The notes: generated by a model not told the origin, from the letters alone. A stretch of DNA of 63,648 bases, filler included, from Reclinomonas americana ATCC 50394 (GCA_048213135.1; 5 parts of 4 records of this genome joined end to end with filler, not necessarily neighbours in it), one strand, 5' to 3'; counted from the first letter of the whole stretch, positions 38,460 through 56,207 are shown. Numbers and translations: made by a program.

Positions 38460-39590
38460 CAATGGAAACTTATCGGGAAACGTGTGCACCACTTCTATTA
38501 GTTTGCCGGCAACGCCGGTACCTTGCGCACCGCCAGCATCACCGGCACCTTTGCTATTCCGTTCCAGAGCAACGTCATTCCTCGCCTTCTGGTTGGTCTG
38601 AGTTCGTACAGCGCATCCACGGCCGTGGACACTGGCCTCTCCTGCGGCTCGCCGTCCATCACCGCCACCAGTTTCACCACGCGCTGCACTGCTCTGCGCG
38701 CTGCCGATATTACCTCTTTCCAACTGTGTACGTCACCATTGCACACGACATCCTCACTGAGCTGTGTGAATTCACTCTGCGTGCTTGGTGGGTGGCAGCG
38801 TACGTGGCGTTCTACGTCCACCTGTCCAAGGCTCCGACCTCTGATGGTTCGCGCACACTGAGCAACGGTGCTGCGTGGAACAGCACGTCCACTACCAAGT
38901 CGTCTACAGTTGTTGCGTTTTCGATCGCCCCTGCTGGTTCATTCGCCCTCTATTGCCGCCTCACCGTCTCACTGCAGCGAGTGACACTGCCGACGGTGTA
39001 CTCCTTCTCCACTACGCCGTCGATTACTGTGGCCTGCGTCGGTATCGCCACTCGCCGTCTGGGAACCACCAGCACGGACTATCGCGACGACACGTTCTAC
39101 GCGTCGATTGCCTCTGCGTCGCAGGCCAACTTTTCTCTCAGCGGCGTCGTCACCGGCAACAGCCGTGTCGACTCGATCAATAACCGCTACGTTATCGGCC
39201 CCGCTGCCAGCGATGCCAAGAACATCAGCGGCTTTGTTGTGCTGACTGGCGGTGAGTGCTCTCCTCCCTGACACGCGTACGCCTATCACGCGCGATGCTA
39301 AATCGGTGTACGTGCGCGCAGAGGGCGAGTTCTCGTCGGCGACCTCCTCGAACTTTACGTTCGCCAACAGCCGTCGCCTGTTGCAGACTGGGCTTGTCGC
39401 CTCCGCGTTTATTCGCGGAATGGATAATGTGGGTGCTGCCGGTGGTTCCGCTGCGGCCACGATCACCACTGTTGTCGGATACTCGAGCACCTCCAGTGTC
39501 ACCGACTTTGACGGCGTGACCATCACCGTCACGGCAGTCGGCCGCAAGGTGCAAGTCTCCTTCATCGCCATCGGTGTCCCGTCTCCGTAA
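36836..39590 (+). CDS. Tandem paralogue: secreted TIG-like plus 3x H-type lectin-like protein (copy 2)
   Basis: Collinear with copy 1 (e.g. identical 'NTITISDAAKSLNSCTRFK', 'FANSRRLLQTG'), with the same 8 intron positions; signal peptide MVRHAFTALAAAATIVVMALLMATAHA. Confidence 0.7.
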
Positions 39591-39803
39591 GAGGAACGAC
39601 GGTCGACGCACAAGAAAGCAACTGTGCCTGTCCTTACTCCCCTACTCTCTCTCCCTTTCGAATTCCCCTTCATCCCCGACGCTGTCTACATCTTCGTGTG
39701 CATACTCTCGAGCCTTGATTTCTATCGGAAGATGCAACCACGAATAGTAAACGCGGCTTGCCTGGGTGTGTGTTGAACGTGCGTCATTAATAAGAACGCA
39801 GTG

Positions 39804-41376
39804 ATGCATGCGATATTGTGTCAGGTTTGTCGACCGTTGTCAAGCATTGCACGAGAGATTGCAAGTTTTTGTGCACGCATGGGTTGCGTGGTGTGTTGCC
39901 GTGATTTGAAGGTCCTGGAGGAGACCGCGCGCGCTGTCGAGGAGGAGAGTTGCGTGCTGCTCTCCCGAAAACACGACGGCGCAGCCACTCACTGACTTGT
40001 CTCCGATCCGTCGCAGCGGCATCAATCACGGCCAGCCAGCGCGCAACACTTGCCGTCTCGTATGGATCGGTCGCCGACGTGAAGGCACCGCTGTGCACGA
40101 CAGCAACTGACGCTCCAGCACCACCACTGTTACCGGAAGACAAGGCACCAATGATAATGCCACCACCTTCGCGGCCGTACCTGTCGCCATCGGCATCGTC
40201 GAGCTCGCTGAGCACAGAGCACGCAGTGCTGCTCGACAACGCGCAGGTGTGCATGCTCGTCAGCGAGCGGCTATGATCGTCACCCATGTGCTGTATCTCA
40301 CTCGCTGACTGACGTACGTAGTCACCGACACCTGCCACTGTTCTCGTGTCACCTGTCGACATTGTCGTGCACGTGCAAGAGGCAAAGAAGGAGGAAGAAG
40401 CGGAGAGCAAGGAAGCAGAGGAAGTGAGCGAAGAAGACAAGCACGAAGAAGGTACGGGCGACTTGTTGATAATCTGGCTTGCGCCGTAGTTGACCCTTGT
40501 GGGTTGTGTAGTGTGCTCCCCACACGCGCCGTCGGCATCCGACACGTCGGCGTCAAGCGACGGCGATCGCAGTCTGGACTCCATGCTGTCGCCATCGGTG
40601 GAAGTGCTGCGCAACAAGTCCGACTCGCCACCGTCTCCTCCGGCGGTCCGGTCACTGTTTTCGGCTGCAGTCGTGCCCGTTCCGCGACCCATGCCCATTT
40701 TCTCCGGTGGTCTGCTGTCGTCGTTGCAACGAGTAGGACCCCTGCGGGCCAGTGGAGCAGCCAGTAATGCAGGTGGGAGGAATGAGCAACTCTTGCTACA
40801 CTCCTTCACTCTCTCACTGATATTCTCGCCAAGCAGTGTTGTTGGACGTCAGTGTTGACGACGACACCGATTCTATCGCCTCACATGGTATGCATTGTCG
40901 GATGCTTGTCTCTCCGGCACACTTTCATCCCCACATTACGCAGGCGGTGTATCGCAAGCTGCCGACATGTCGCCCCGTTGAGTAATGGACCGAGACGTGC
41001 ACTGCACAGTGTACGTGTGGTGAAGACACTCATTCACTGATCTACAGGATCGCAAGGATCCACCATGAGCATCGACTCTTTCTCCCCCGTGATTCAGTTG
41101 CCGTGGGCCAACAACTCGAGCATGGAGCACGGCGGTGTCATGTCTGCACTGCTCAGCCAGTCCATGCACGGTGAGCCATGCGCACAGACGCACATCCATG
41201 GCACATGAAACAGCACTTACACGAGTGTCTTGCAACCAGGAACACGCGTCAACTCGACCATGTGCAGCGCCATTGACGACAGTCTCGTGTCCACGGACGG
41301 CAGCGAGGTGGACTCGCACAATGGCACGCCGCCTCCCGTCCGCCTGTCATTACGCTTCCCCGACCACGACGAGTGA
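39804..41376 (+). CDS. Hypothetical Ser/Pro/Glu-rich protein (start uncertain)
   Basis: Six phase-compatible GT-AG introns link exons into one frame ending '...LRFPDHDE*'; no recognisable domain. Confidence 0.45.
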
Positions 41377-41434
41377 TTGCGTGTGTTGTTTGTTGTGTTG
41401 GTGTTGTTGTTGTTGTTGTTGTATTTTCCTGCTG

Positions 41435-41521
41435 TCAGTCGTCGCCGGCTGACACTGTGGCCAGTGCGCGTTCGAATTTAGCCCCTGTGTGCGTTGAGTG
41501 GATGTGTCACATGTGAGAGGG

Positions 41522-41570
<49 letters not shown>

Positions 41571-41796
41571 CGCGACGACGACGACGTCGACCGACCGACC
41601 TACGTACGTACTACCACTACGTCGCGTCGGTACCGGACCGAACGGGCGGTAGTTACGGTTAACGGACGACGACCGTACCGTTCCGACGAACNNNNNNNNN
41701 NNNNNNNNNNNGGTACGGTAACGGTCGGTACGGTTAACGGTACGTACGGTACGGTACGGTACGTACGGTACGACGGTACGTACGACGTACGACGAG

Positions 41797-41849
<53 letters not shown>

Positions 41850-42481
41850 TGCGCACGCAACGTGCACCGCCACTCGTATCCACACTGCCGGCCACATCTC
41901 TCTTGCAGTCCACGTGCATGGGCTCGACTGTGGCCCACGAATCCAAGAACTGACGCACCTCATCACCCTCGTACCAGTCCACCGACTGCCACAGCTGGCG
42001 ACGCCAGAAGAACGTTTTTCGCAGCAGTCAAGGAACAATGACAGCAGCGTGAGCAGAGCGGCACAAGCAACAGAAAATAAGGATATTCCTCCTCGAGACG
42101 GTTCCGGAAGCACTCCGTGGCCTCGACCCACGCAGCAGCCGCGGCCGCAGTGGTCCCGACATCGCCACTGGTGGCGACCAACGACGACGAACGATAGTAG
42201 AACGCCTGCACATCGAGATGCGCTCGATCGACATCGACCCACGCCTGCGCCAGCAGCGCACAGGCACCAGTCACCACACGCACTGCAGCCTCCACACGCT
42301 CCACTGCCACACCACGCGTGAGCATCGCCGACGACACACAGTCCTCCAGCAGGGACAGCTGACTGCACAGCGCAATGGTGGCACGAGCAATGGCCTCGCA
42401 TGCTGCCGCAAAGCCACCAGCTGCACTCTCCACGCGCAACAGAGCGTGTTTCAGTCGTCGCTTTGTCTCACGGTCCCCCAT
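41435..42481 (-). CDS. Hypothetical helical protein
   Basis: MGDRETKRRLKHALLRVE...EEEYPYFLLL|LWQSVDWYEGDEVRQFLDSW...GGA|RAKFERALATVSAGDD*; two in-frame introns. Confidence 0.5.
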
Positions 42482-42536
42482 CGTCACAATTGTTGGTAGC
42501 GGGACACCTGTGTGCAGGACCAACCCTTTGCTTTTC

Positions 42537-44630
<2,094 letters not shown>

Positions 44631-44926
44631 AAGCCAGTGAGAGAAGGAGCAGGAGGGGGAAAAACGAGAGAGCAGCCGCTAGCGTTCTCAGCGCACTCCG
44701 GGTGGTGGTGTGTTTGGTTGGTATGGGATGAAAAAACAACGGTGCAGTAAACCTGACAGCGAAACGTGCACGTGATTGGAGAGAGAGTTGTCCATGTGTG
44801 TGCATCATCATCATCGTACACTAAAGCGAAAGCCGCCACAACCGGGTCGGAAACAAAGAGAGAGAAAAGTGAATGAAGAAGAGTCGAGCGTCGCCGCGCT
44901 CTTGCTGCTGGTCGTCTGCTTGCCGC

Positions 44927-45971
44927 TCAGGTGCTGATGATTCTCAGACCCTCCTTCAGGTCGCGGACCACCTCGTTCATGGTTCGCACAATCTCCTCCT
45001 CGGCGGCCTCGCGTTCCTGCATGACACACCGGTGAGGACGCTGTCCGCATCAAATCTCTTTCCTCTCTCCTTCCGGACGACTCACATTGTGCTCTGCCCT
45101 GAGCTCCGAGCGCAGCAGTGCAATCTGATCATTGATGTGTGTCTCGAGCAGGCGCTCACGGTCCTCACGGACGCGGGCCTCTCGCTGCACATCCGACGCA
45201 ATGCTCTCAATGTGCGTCAACCGACCCGTCTCCTCGTTGCGCAGCGCCTCCTGGATCTGACCCACGACCGAACCCAGTCGCTGCAACGAATTATCCAGCT
45301 CCTGCCGACTCGACGCCTCAAACTCCAACAGCGTCTGCAGCTTCGACACGCGCTCCTCAAACAGCGTCGCCGTGTCGGCAATCGAGTGCTGCCGAATCGT
45401 CCGCTCATCGCGCAGCTCATTCTGCAACACACAAGACCGCAGTCAGCGAGGAGGCGCAGCAGCACAGTGACGCGAAGCAGCAGCAAACCTCGAGCACACC
45501 GACGCGATGCGTCAACACATCGACAGCAGCGCGCAGACTCGACAGATTGCCTGCGCATGCATCAGTTCCAACAGCGTCCTCTTACGCAAGCACATTGCAC
45601 AGCGCGCGAGTGTTACCTTCTGTGCGATCAATGGCCTCCAGGAACATCTGCTTGAGCGTCTTGTCGGACTCGGCACGCCGCTCAATCTCCAGCGCGAGGT
45701 TGCGATCGTTTTTCTGACCACCACACAGCGTGAGCAACAACGGGAAAGCGATAAGGGAGGAGACGCGCGCGCGCTCACCAAGCACATCTCTCGCAGCAGA
45801 CTGCTCTCTGTGGTGCTGATCGACTCCTTGTTCTCGTGCTCATACCTGCGCAGGGAAGTGAGAAAAGAAGCGCTCAAACCGTGCGCGGAAAATCGAGCAA
45901 CGCACCGCAGCTGCGACGTGAGCGACGACACCGACGTCTTGATGCGATCCAGACGCTCTTGTGTCGGCGAG

Positions 45972-46023
<52 letters not shown>

Positions 46024-46279
46024 CGGACCCAAATGCAATCGACATCGGACCGCGGTACCGTAAAAGCGACCACCACTGCCTTCGCCGCCACCACCGCCAC
46101 CGCCACCACGCTGAGGAGCTGTGCAACATAAAAGAGCAGAGACAGAGGAGAGAGAGAGAGAGAGTAAGCGCGTGCCATGGCGTCACACAGCGCGAGTGAT
46201 CACACTCGCGCACACGCGCATTCTCTTCACGCACGCGCGCGAACGCAGGCGTACATAGTCAAGTGACGCAACAGTACAT
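44927..46279 (-). CDS. SF-assemblin/beta-giardin family striated-fibre protein
   Basis: Short non-helical head (MYSPQRGGG...SPT), then a coiled coil with 'LALEIERRAESDKTLKQMF' and C-terminal 'EREAAEEEIVRTMNEVVRDLKEGLRIIST*', characteristic of SF-assemblins. Confidence 0.7.
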
Positions 46280-46397
46280 TGGCACGAGGAGGAGACGACG
46301 CACGCGCACGCTGATGACACACAAGAAAGCAAACTCCACAATCTTATCCAATGAACGGGGGTCACTCGCGCGGCTCTCACTCTCTACTCTCAGCGTC

Positions 46398-49300
46398 ATG
46401 AGCAGCGCCGCCGACGATGGTGGCGCGCGCTCTCCACGCAAACACCGCCACCACCACTCTCACAGACACAGTCAACGACGAAGACAACACGCAGAAGAAG
46501 ACGAGCAAGCAGCGCAACAACAACAACAACAGCAGCCCATCTCGCCACTGCAGCTGTCGAGCATCCGAAGCACTGCTGCGGGGCAGTTGCCACGACGCAT
46601 GCATGAGAATGGCAGTGCAAGTGGAGGAAAGGCGTTGTTGGCCATGGCAGCAGCGTCGTTCTCCGAGGCCGAGACGAGCATGCTGACGCACTTTCTGCAG
46701 TACGGCTTCGAGTGTGATGTGGTGCTCGTGGAGCTGTGTGTTGCCACGGAGGTGGAGAGCTTTGTGTTGCGCGGAGGGTGCGTTCTTGTGTCTGACGCAT
46801 TGTATTGGCAGTNNNNNNNNNNNNNNNNNNNNNNNNNNNNNNNNNNNNNNNNNNNNNNNNNNNNNNNNNNNNNNNNNNNNNNNNNNNNNNNNNNNNNNNN
46901 NNNNNNNNNNNNNNNNNNNNNNNNNNNNNNNNNNNNNNNNNNNNNNNNNNNNNNNNNNNNNNNNNNNNNNNNNNNNNNNNNNNNNNNNNNNNNNNNNNNN
47001 NNNNNNNNNNNNNNNNNNNNNNNNNNNNNNNNNNNNNNNNNNNNNNNNNNNNNNNNNNNNNNNNNNNNNNNNNNNNNNNNNNNNNNNNNNNNNNNNNNNN
47101 NNNNNNNNNNNNNNNNNNNNNNNNNNNNNNNNNNNNNNNNNNNNNNNNNNNNNNNNNNNNNNNNNNNNNNNNNNNNNNNNNNNNNNNNNNNNNNNNNNNN
47201 NNNNNNNNNNNNNNNNNNNNNNNNNNNNNNNNNNNNNNNNNNNNNNNNNNNNNNNNNNNNNNNNNNNNNNNNNNNNNNNNNNNNNNNNNNNNNNNNNNNN
47301 NNNNNNNNNNNNNNNNNNNNNNNNNNNNNNNNNNNNNNNNNNNNNNNNNNNNNNNNNNNNNNNNNNNNNNTGACGATGGGTGCGATGCAGCTTTGTGCAA
47401 GCGTTTGCCGAGGGTCAGGCACCGCGGGATTTCTCCTACGAAAGCTTCTCGAACAAGTCTCCGACCTCTGCTGCTGCTGCGGCCCCGGGTGTGGAAGAGG
47501 GAGGCGCTGGTGTGGAGTTGGGTGTCGCTGCACCCGCGCTTACGGTGTCTGCCGCTGCCACTGCTGCTGCCAATGGTAGCGTGGCGACAGCGGCGACGCA
47601 CGCTGTCGTGACTACGACAACGACCACGGTGGTGAATGCCAATCCGACGCCTCACGGACCCGCGACGGCGGCGGCGCCACTGTCTTCCAGTGCTGGTGGC
47701 GACGGCGGTGACGGCGGTGAGGAGTTGCTGGTTAATGGAACTGGTGACGAGCAGCGGCGGGAGGCGGAACTGGCGGCCGAAGCCGAAAGATTACGGAAGC
47801 AGCGGGAAGAAGAGGAGCAGCAACAGGCGGCTGAAGCCGAGCGGATACGCCAACAAGCAGAGGCGACGGCGGCTGCTGCTGCTGCTGCAGAGGCTGAAGC
47901 CGCAGAGGCTCTCAGAAGGCAGCAACAAGAAGCAGAAGAGGAGATGGAGCGAGAACGGCGACGGAGGGAGGAGGAGGAGGCCGCTGCATTGGCAGCGGCG
48001 GCGGCAGCCGAAGCCGAGCGACAGCGGTTGTTGCTGGAGGAGGCGGAAGCCGAGCGCCGTCGTGTGCAAGAGGNNNNNNNNNNNNNNNNNNNNNNNNNNN
48101 NNNNNNNNNNNNNNNNNNNNNNNNNNNNNNNNNNNNNNNNNNNNNNNNNNNNNNNNNNNNNNNNNNNNNNNNNNNNNNNNNNNNNNNNNNNNNNNNNNNN
48201 NNNNNNNNNNNNNNNNNNNNNNNNNNNNNNNNNNNNNNNNNNNNNNNNNNNNNNNNNNNNNNNNNNNNNNNNNNNNNNNNNNNNNNNNNNNNNNNNNNNN
48301 NNNNNNNNNNNNNNNNNNNNNNNNNNNNNNNNNNNNNNNNNNNNNNNNNNNNNNNNNNNNNNNNNNNNNNNNNNNNNNNNNNNNNNNNNNNNNNNNNNNN
48401 NNNNNNNNNNNNNNNNNNNNNNNNNNNNNNNNNNNNNNNNNNNNNNNNNNNNNNNNNNNNNNNNNNNNNNNNNNNNNNNNNNNNNNNNNNNNNNNNNNNN
48501 NNNNNNNNNNNNNNNNNNNNNNNNNNNNNNNNNNNNNNNNNNNNNNNNNNNNNNNNNNNNNNNNNNNNNNNNNNNNNNNNNNNNNNNNNNNNNNNNNNNN
48601 NNNNNNNNNNNNNNNNNNNNNNNNNNNNNNNNNNNNNNNNNNNNNNNNNNNNNNNNNNNNNNNNNNNNNNNNNNNNNNNNNNNNNNNNNNNNNNNNNNNN
48701 NNNNNNNNNNNNNNNNNNNNNNNNNNNNNNNNNNNNNNNNNNNNNNNNNNNNNNNNNNNNNNNNNNNNNNNNNNNNNNNNNNNNNNNNNNNNNNNNNNNN
48801 NNNNNNNNNNNNNNNNNNNNNNNNNNNNNNNNNNNNNNNNNNNNNNNNNNNNNNNNNNNNNNNNNNNNNNNNNNNNNNNNNNNNNNNNNNNNNNNNNNNN
48901 NNNNNNNNNNNNNNNNNNNNNNNNNNNNNNNNNNNNNNNNNNNNNNNNNNNNNNNNNNNNNNNNNNNNNNNNNNNNNNNNNNNNNNNNNNNNNNNNNNNN
49001 NNNNNNNNNNNNNNNNNNNNNNNNNAGCGGGCGTTGCGAGCCCAGGCCGAGGCTGCTGCGGAGAAGCAGCGACTGGACGAGGAGCGACAGCGGCGCAAGG
49101 AGGAGGAGGCGCTGGCGGCCGCCCGGGAGCGCGAGCGACTGGAACATGAAGCCGAGGTGAGGCGGCAAGAAGAGTTGGAGAGGAAGCGCCGGGAGGAAGA
49201 AGAAGCAGAGGCCGAAAGGAGAAGACGGGCAGAAGAGGAGGAGGCCGAGATGAAGCGACGTGAGGAGGAGGAAGAGGCCGAGAGGAGACGACGTGAGGAG

Positions 49301-50958
49301 GAAGAAGAGGCCGAGAGGAAGCGACGCGAGGAGGAGGAAGAGGCCGAGAGGAGACGACGTGAGGAGGAGGAAGAAGCGGAGAGGAGACGACTGGCAGAAG
49401 AGGAGGCGGCCGAGAGGAAGCGGCGTGAGGAGGAAGAAGAAGCGGAGAGGAGACGACGGGCAGCAGAGGAGGCGGCTGAGAGGATTCGGCAAGCAGAGGA
49501 AGAGGAGAGAAGGCGTCGCGAGGAGGAAGAGGCCGCCAGGCAGCGTCGGGCAGCAGAAGAAGCCGCGGCAGAGTTGAAGCGATTGGCCGACGAAGAGGAG
49601 GAGCGCAGGCGACAGTGGGAAGCAGAGGAGGCGCGCAGATGGCGAGAGCAGGAGGAGCTGGAAGAGCGGCGGCGTAGACCTCACTTGGAGGCCACTGCCC
49701 GTGCGCAACAGCGCCTGTTGGCGAGAGAGCAGGCACGCGAGGAAGAGGTGCAGCGAGCAGCTGAGCGGCGACTCATTGAGGAGAGAATTCGACACGAGGC
49801 GGCCAGTGCCGCAGCGGCGGCTGTACTGGCGACTGAACGTGTGCGTGCCTCACAGCGTGAACGCGAGGCGAAGATGGCATCGGCAGCAGCAGCAGCAGCC
49901 GAAGCCAACAGTCGCGCTCAGACTCCGTCCACACCTCCAAGCACACCACCGGCTCCTGCGGCAGCGGCGCCAGCGGCCACGTCGCCCAAGTCGCCGCAAT
50001 CGCGCTTCCCACCGCTCGTGACCTCGCCGCACGGCAAGGTCGGCCAGCCGCTGCCGCGGTCTACGTCAATTCCAGACGCAGGCCTCACTCCGGCCGAAGC
50101 GCAGGATGTGCGCATGCAGCAGCACAGCGCCGAGCGCCTCGAGTCCACCTCCCCCACATCGTTTGTCAGGCTACCGCCTGTCGAAGAGGCCGAGGAGCTG
50201 GTCTTCCGCAATCGACTCCGACTGGAGCGCGATCTGCAATCAGCGCAGCAGCGCCGGGCGGCTGACCTCGCCCGGCTGCAAAAGGAGGCGGAGATGCAGG
50301 TTTCGTCATCATCATCCCTTTCTGTGCGTGTGTGCGTAGCCCACCTCCCACTGATCTGCATGTGTCACAGCGACAAAAGCTGGAGGAGATCCTGTGGCAG
50401 AATATGTCGTCCAGCGGCGGTCGAGGCGGTAGCAGTGGAGGTGGTGGTAGCGGCGACTGGCGCAAGCCACTGAGCATTCTCGAGTCGGCACGTGCTCAGC
50501 GAGCCGGGCACGACCTGGCACCCTTTATGGAACCGAGCGCCCCCCACGTATCGCATATGCCGCCCGACAACGGCAACGACCCGTTCACGCGAATGGCGGA
50601 CGAGGAGGCGGCCAAGCTGGAGGCCTCATTTCTGCGTCGCATGGCTCTGACACGCGCGCGCCAACCGCCCCTCGCCACCGACGGTGGTGCATCGAACCTC
50701 TCGGTCCACCGACAACCGTCGCAGCGGCAATCCGTGCTGCAGACGAGCGGGCAGCTGGAGGTCGAAGTCGGCGAGCAAGTGCACGAGGAAATGGAAGTCG
50801 ACGAGGCCGAGAACAGCGCGCGAGCGACAGCCGCCGGTATCGCCGCCGTCATGGACAGCTCGCGATCGCCTCGCGCGCACTTGTGGAGAGCCGGTCGCGC
50901 CGTTGCCACACCCAATGCTCCCTTTATGCGTCCCGGACCGCCGCCACCAGCGCTTTGA
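46398..50958 (+). CDS. Very large E/R-rich single-alpha-helix (SAH)/coiled-coil protein (gapped)
   Basis: Long open frames of EEEEEAERRRR-type repeats; one clear intron at 50300-50370; stop at 50958; two large gaps. Confidence 0.6.
49190..49460 (+). repeat. Coding tandem repeat, 33-nt unit encoding EEEEEAERRRR-like
   Basis: About 8 successive copies of 'gaggaggaggaagaggccgagaggagacgacgt'-like units. Confidence 0.85.
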
Positions 50959-51002
50959 ATCGTCCAAATGTACTCTCTCTGTGTGTATATGCGTTTCTCT
51001 TT

Positions 51003-51351
51003 TCACTGACTGCTGCTGCTGCCACTGCCCTCGGCCTCGTGCTGCTGCGGTGTGAGCAGCTTCCGGAAGGAGACGGCGTGTATGTTGCCGGCCTCGCCCA
51101 ACTCGCTGCGCAACAGCGTGTTGATCAAGCGCTGTCGTTGAAGACTCGACTTGCCTGTGCACACGCGCACTCAGACACAAGCATGCTCTCACTGTCTCTT
51201 ACACACACACACACACACACACACCTTCAAAATCACCGGCGACCACAAAGATCGAGTATGCATCGCCACACGAGGCATCGGCCGCCACTTCGACCACCAC
51301 AGGCGCACTCAATCCCGATCGGATGCGCTCGGCAATCGCCTCGGAGCTCAT
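51003..51351 (-). CDS. BolA family protein (BolA2-like)
   Basis: MSSEAIAERIRSGL...SCGDAYSIFVVAGDFE|GKSSLQRQRLINTLL...IHAVSFRKLLTPQQ; the Cys and the C-terminal His Fe-S ligands are retained. Confidence 0.85.
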
Positions 51352-51422
51352 CCCCGACACAAACACAACGCAGGACTTGTCGAGGACATCAGTCAGTCGC
51401 GTTTTGTGCAGCACGTTGAGAG

Positions 51423-54015
<2,593 letters not shown>

Positions 54016-54402
54016 TCACGCCACGCCTAATCTCTCGTGAGACTCATCAGTACAAGGTGCTTGTTGCTGATGTTATTTTGTTTTCGTGGCGTTGCAAGTA
54101 CATTGTGGGTTCAGGGGCGAGGGACAGGAGGGGTGGGAAAAAGTGACATGACAGAAAAGGACAAAAGTACAAAAAAGGACACAGCGAGACATTTACAACA
54201 TACAAGGGGGTGGAGCAGTCCAGGATTGGGTGGGGGGGCGGCGCGCGGCAGAGGAACATCGTGAGTGGTAGGCAGTACAGAGTAGTGGTGGTGTTGGTGC
54301 TATGGTACAGTTGCTCTGCCGCCGCCGTCCTGGCCGCATTCTTTTTCCAAAAGGTGGGTGGGTGGGCATCGCATAGTCGATCCAGTCGACATGCGGCGCG
54401 CG

Positions 54403-55797
54403 CTACTCGGCGCCCCCACCACCACCACCGCCACTGCCGCCACCGTCATCTCCTTCGGCGGCCGACAGATGAAGGCCTTGCATTTCGTGCGCCAGCTGAT
54501 GAGCAGCAGCGTGATGCTGGCGATGGTGGTGTTGCTGCTGGTGATGGTGGTGAGCTCGCTCCTGATCACCGCCGTACATGGTATCGTAACCGGCAGCTGA
54601 GCAAAAAACACATGTGAGCACATCTGTATCTGTGTGTGTGAACAGCGCGGCGATGCGGTACAGACCTGCGCCATCAGCACCAGGCGAGGTGCGCTGCGCG
54701 CCGCCGGCCGCCTGCTGCGGCATCGGCACTTGCTGCTGCGGCATGTAGTATTGCGGGAAGTAGCCCGAATGCATGTCTGCGCATGCATGAGGAGGTCAAT
54801 GGGCCGAGTCCTCAAGTGGCACATTTCTCAAGTGTGCGTACCGGCACTGTAGTGCATTCCAGGCACGGCATACGGCATGTCGTACATGTACGGGGCCGAC
54901 GGCATCGGGGTGTACGCTTGGTAGCTGCACTCGGCAAACACGCGGTGAGGGGCCATGAGCGTGAAAAACGAAACACCAAAGAAGGCGCCGCAACTGCGCA
55001 TAGTAGGGAGTAAAGAAGGCCGGCTGACGGTTCGCAGTGGGCGACGGAGGTCCTGCGGCGGCAACGGCCATGGCTGCCATGGGGGTGTACGCGGCAGCGT
55101 AGCCGGGTGCGTAGCCTGCTCGAATGAATGCATGAGTACCTTGTGTTGTCACACTTGTCGGGTTTGGTGACTCACCGGCGGCAGCGTATGCTCCCGACGG
55201 CGGGTACATGCCGGAGGGCGATACCGGCGCCACCAATCCTGGCGGCGGCACCGATGGTCCCACTCCACCACCCGAGTACGCACGCTGTGGCCGCGTGCGC
55301 AGTCCTTTCGGTGACGACGACGGTGCAAGGCCTGCACCGGCTCCATTTCCAAAACCAGGAGCGCTTCCTGCGCTTGATGGCGATTCCGTCGATGACGGCG
55401 ACGATAACGACGACGGCGACATGTCGTCGCGCGGTGCCGTTCCACCACGGTACGCGTCGTTGATGTTCAGCTGCGCTCCCCATGAGAACATTGGGGGAGG
55501 GAGGGAGGGGAAGGGATGAAAGAGGACGCACCACTTTGCCGGCAAACTCGAGCTGCTTGCGCTCCTTCATTTCAGCAGCCACGTCGGGCGAATCAAACGT
55601 CACAAACCCGTAGCCTTTTTTTCGTGGATGGAGGTGTTGGTGTTGGTGTTGGTTAAACCAGTAACGCAAACGAGCGTAGGCAACGCACCTTTCGACTTGC
55701 CAGTGGCCTTGTCGCACACAATTCGGACTGCGCGCACCTCGCCGAACTGCGAGAAGAAGTCAAACAGTTCGCTCTCCGTCGACTTCCATGAAACACC
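54403..55797 (-). CDS. Single-RRM RNA-binding protein (Boule/DAZ-like RRM) with Tyr/Pro/Ala/Gln-rich tail; 5' partial
   Basis: 'GVSWKSTESELFDFFSQFGEVRAVRIVCDKATGKSK|GYGFVTFDS...LEFAGKV|LNINDA' contains the RNP1 motif KGYGFVTF. Confidence 0.8.
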
Positions 55798-56092
55798 TGC
55801 CCCGCAAGCGCAAGCACCATTGTCAGCGTGAGAGTGTCGCTCGACAAGCAGAGCACAGGAGCTGACAACATATTCCACGGCATGAGTGTGCGGCGAAAAG
55901 CGACTCGGGAGGAATTGAACAAGCAGACACGCATAAAAGAAAAAGAGAGAGGGAGAAGGAGCGAGAGAGCAGGTTGTGCACATGGGTGTGTGATGCAGCG
56001 CAATCAGTAGTGACAGCAGACACGGGGGGAAGCAGTGGAAACTCGGAAAAATATCAATGCAACGCAGTAGTGTGAGGGACGGCGAGCGAGAC

Positions 56093-56192
56093 NNNNNNNN
56101 NNNNNNNNNNNNNNNNNNNNNNNNNNNNNNNNNNNNTTAATTAATTAANNNNNNNNNNNNNNNNNNNNNNNNNNNNNNNNNNNNNNNNNNNN
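56093..56192. other. Artificial scaffold spacer
   Basis: N44-TTAATTAATTAA-N44. Confidence 0.97.
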
Positions 56193-56207
56193 CTTGCGCG
56201 AGAGTAG

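Noticed and set aside
41568-41800. Odd ACG/TACG/GTAC-rich quasi-repeat flanking a gap (also 12840-12862 and 60647-60659)
   Set aside because: It occurs only at contig ends right after dinucleotide runs and follows TACG flow order, typical of pyrosequencing read-end noise rather than a real element.
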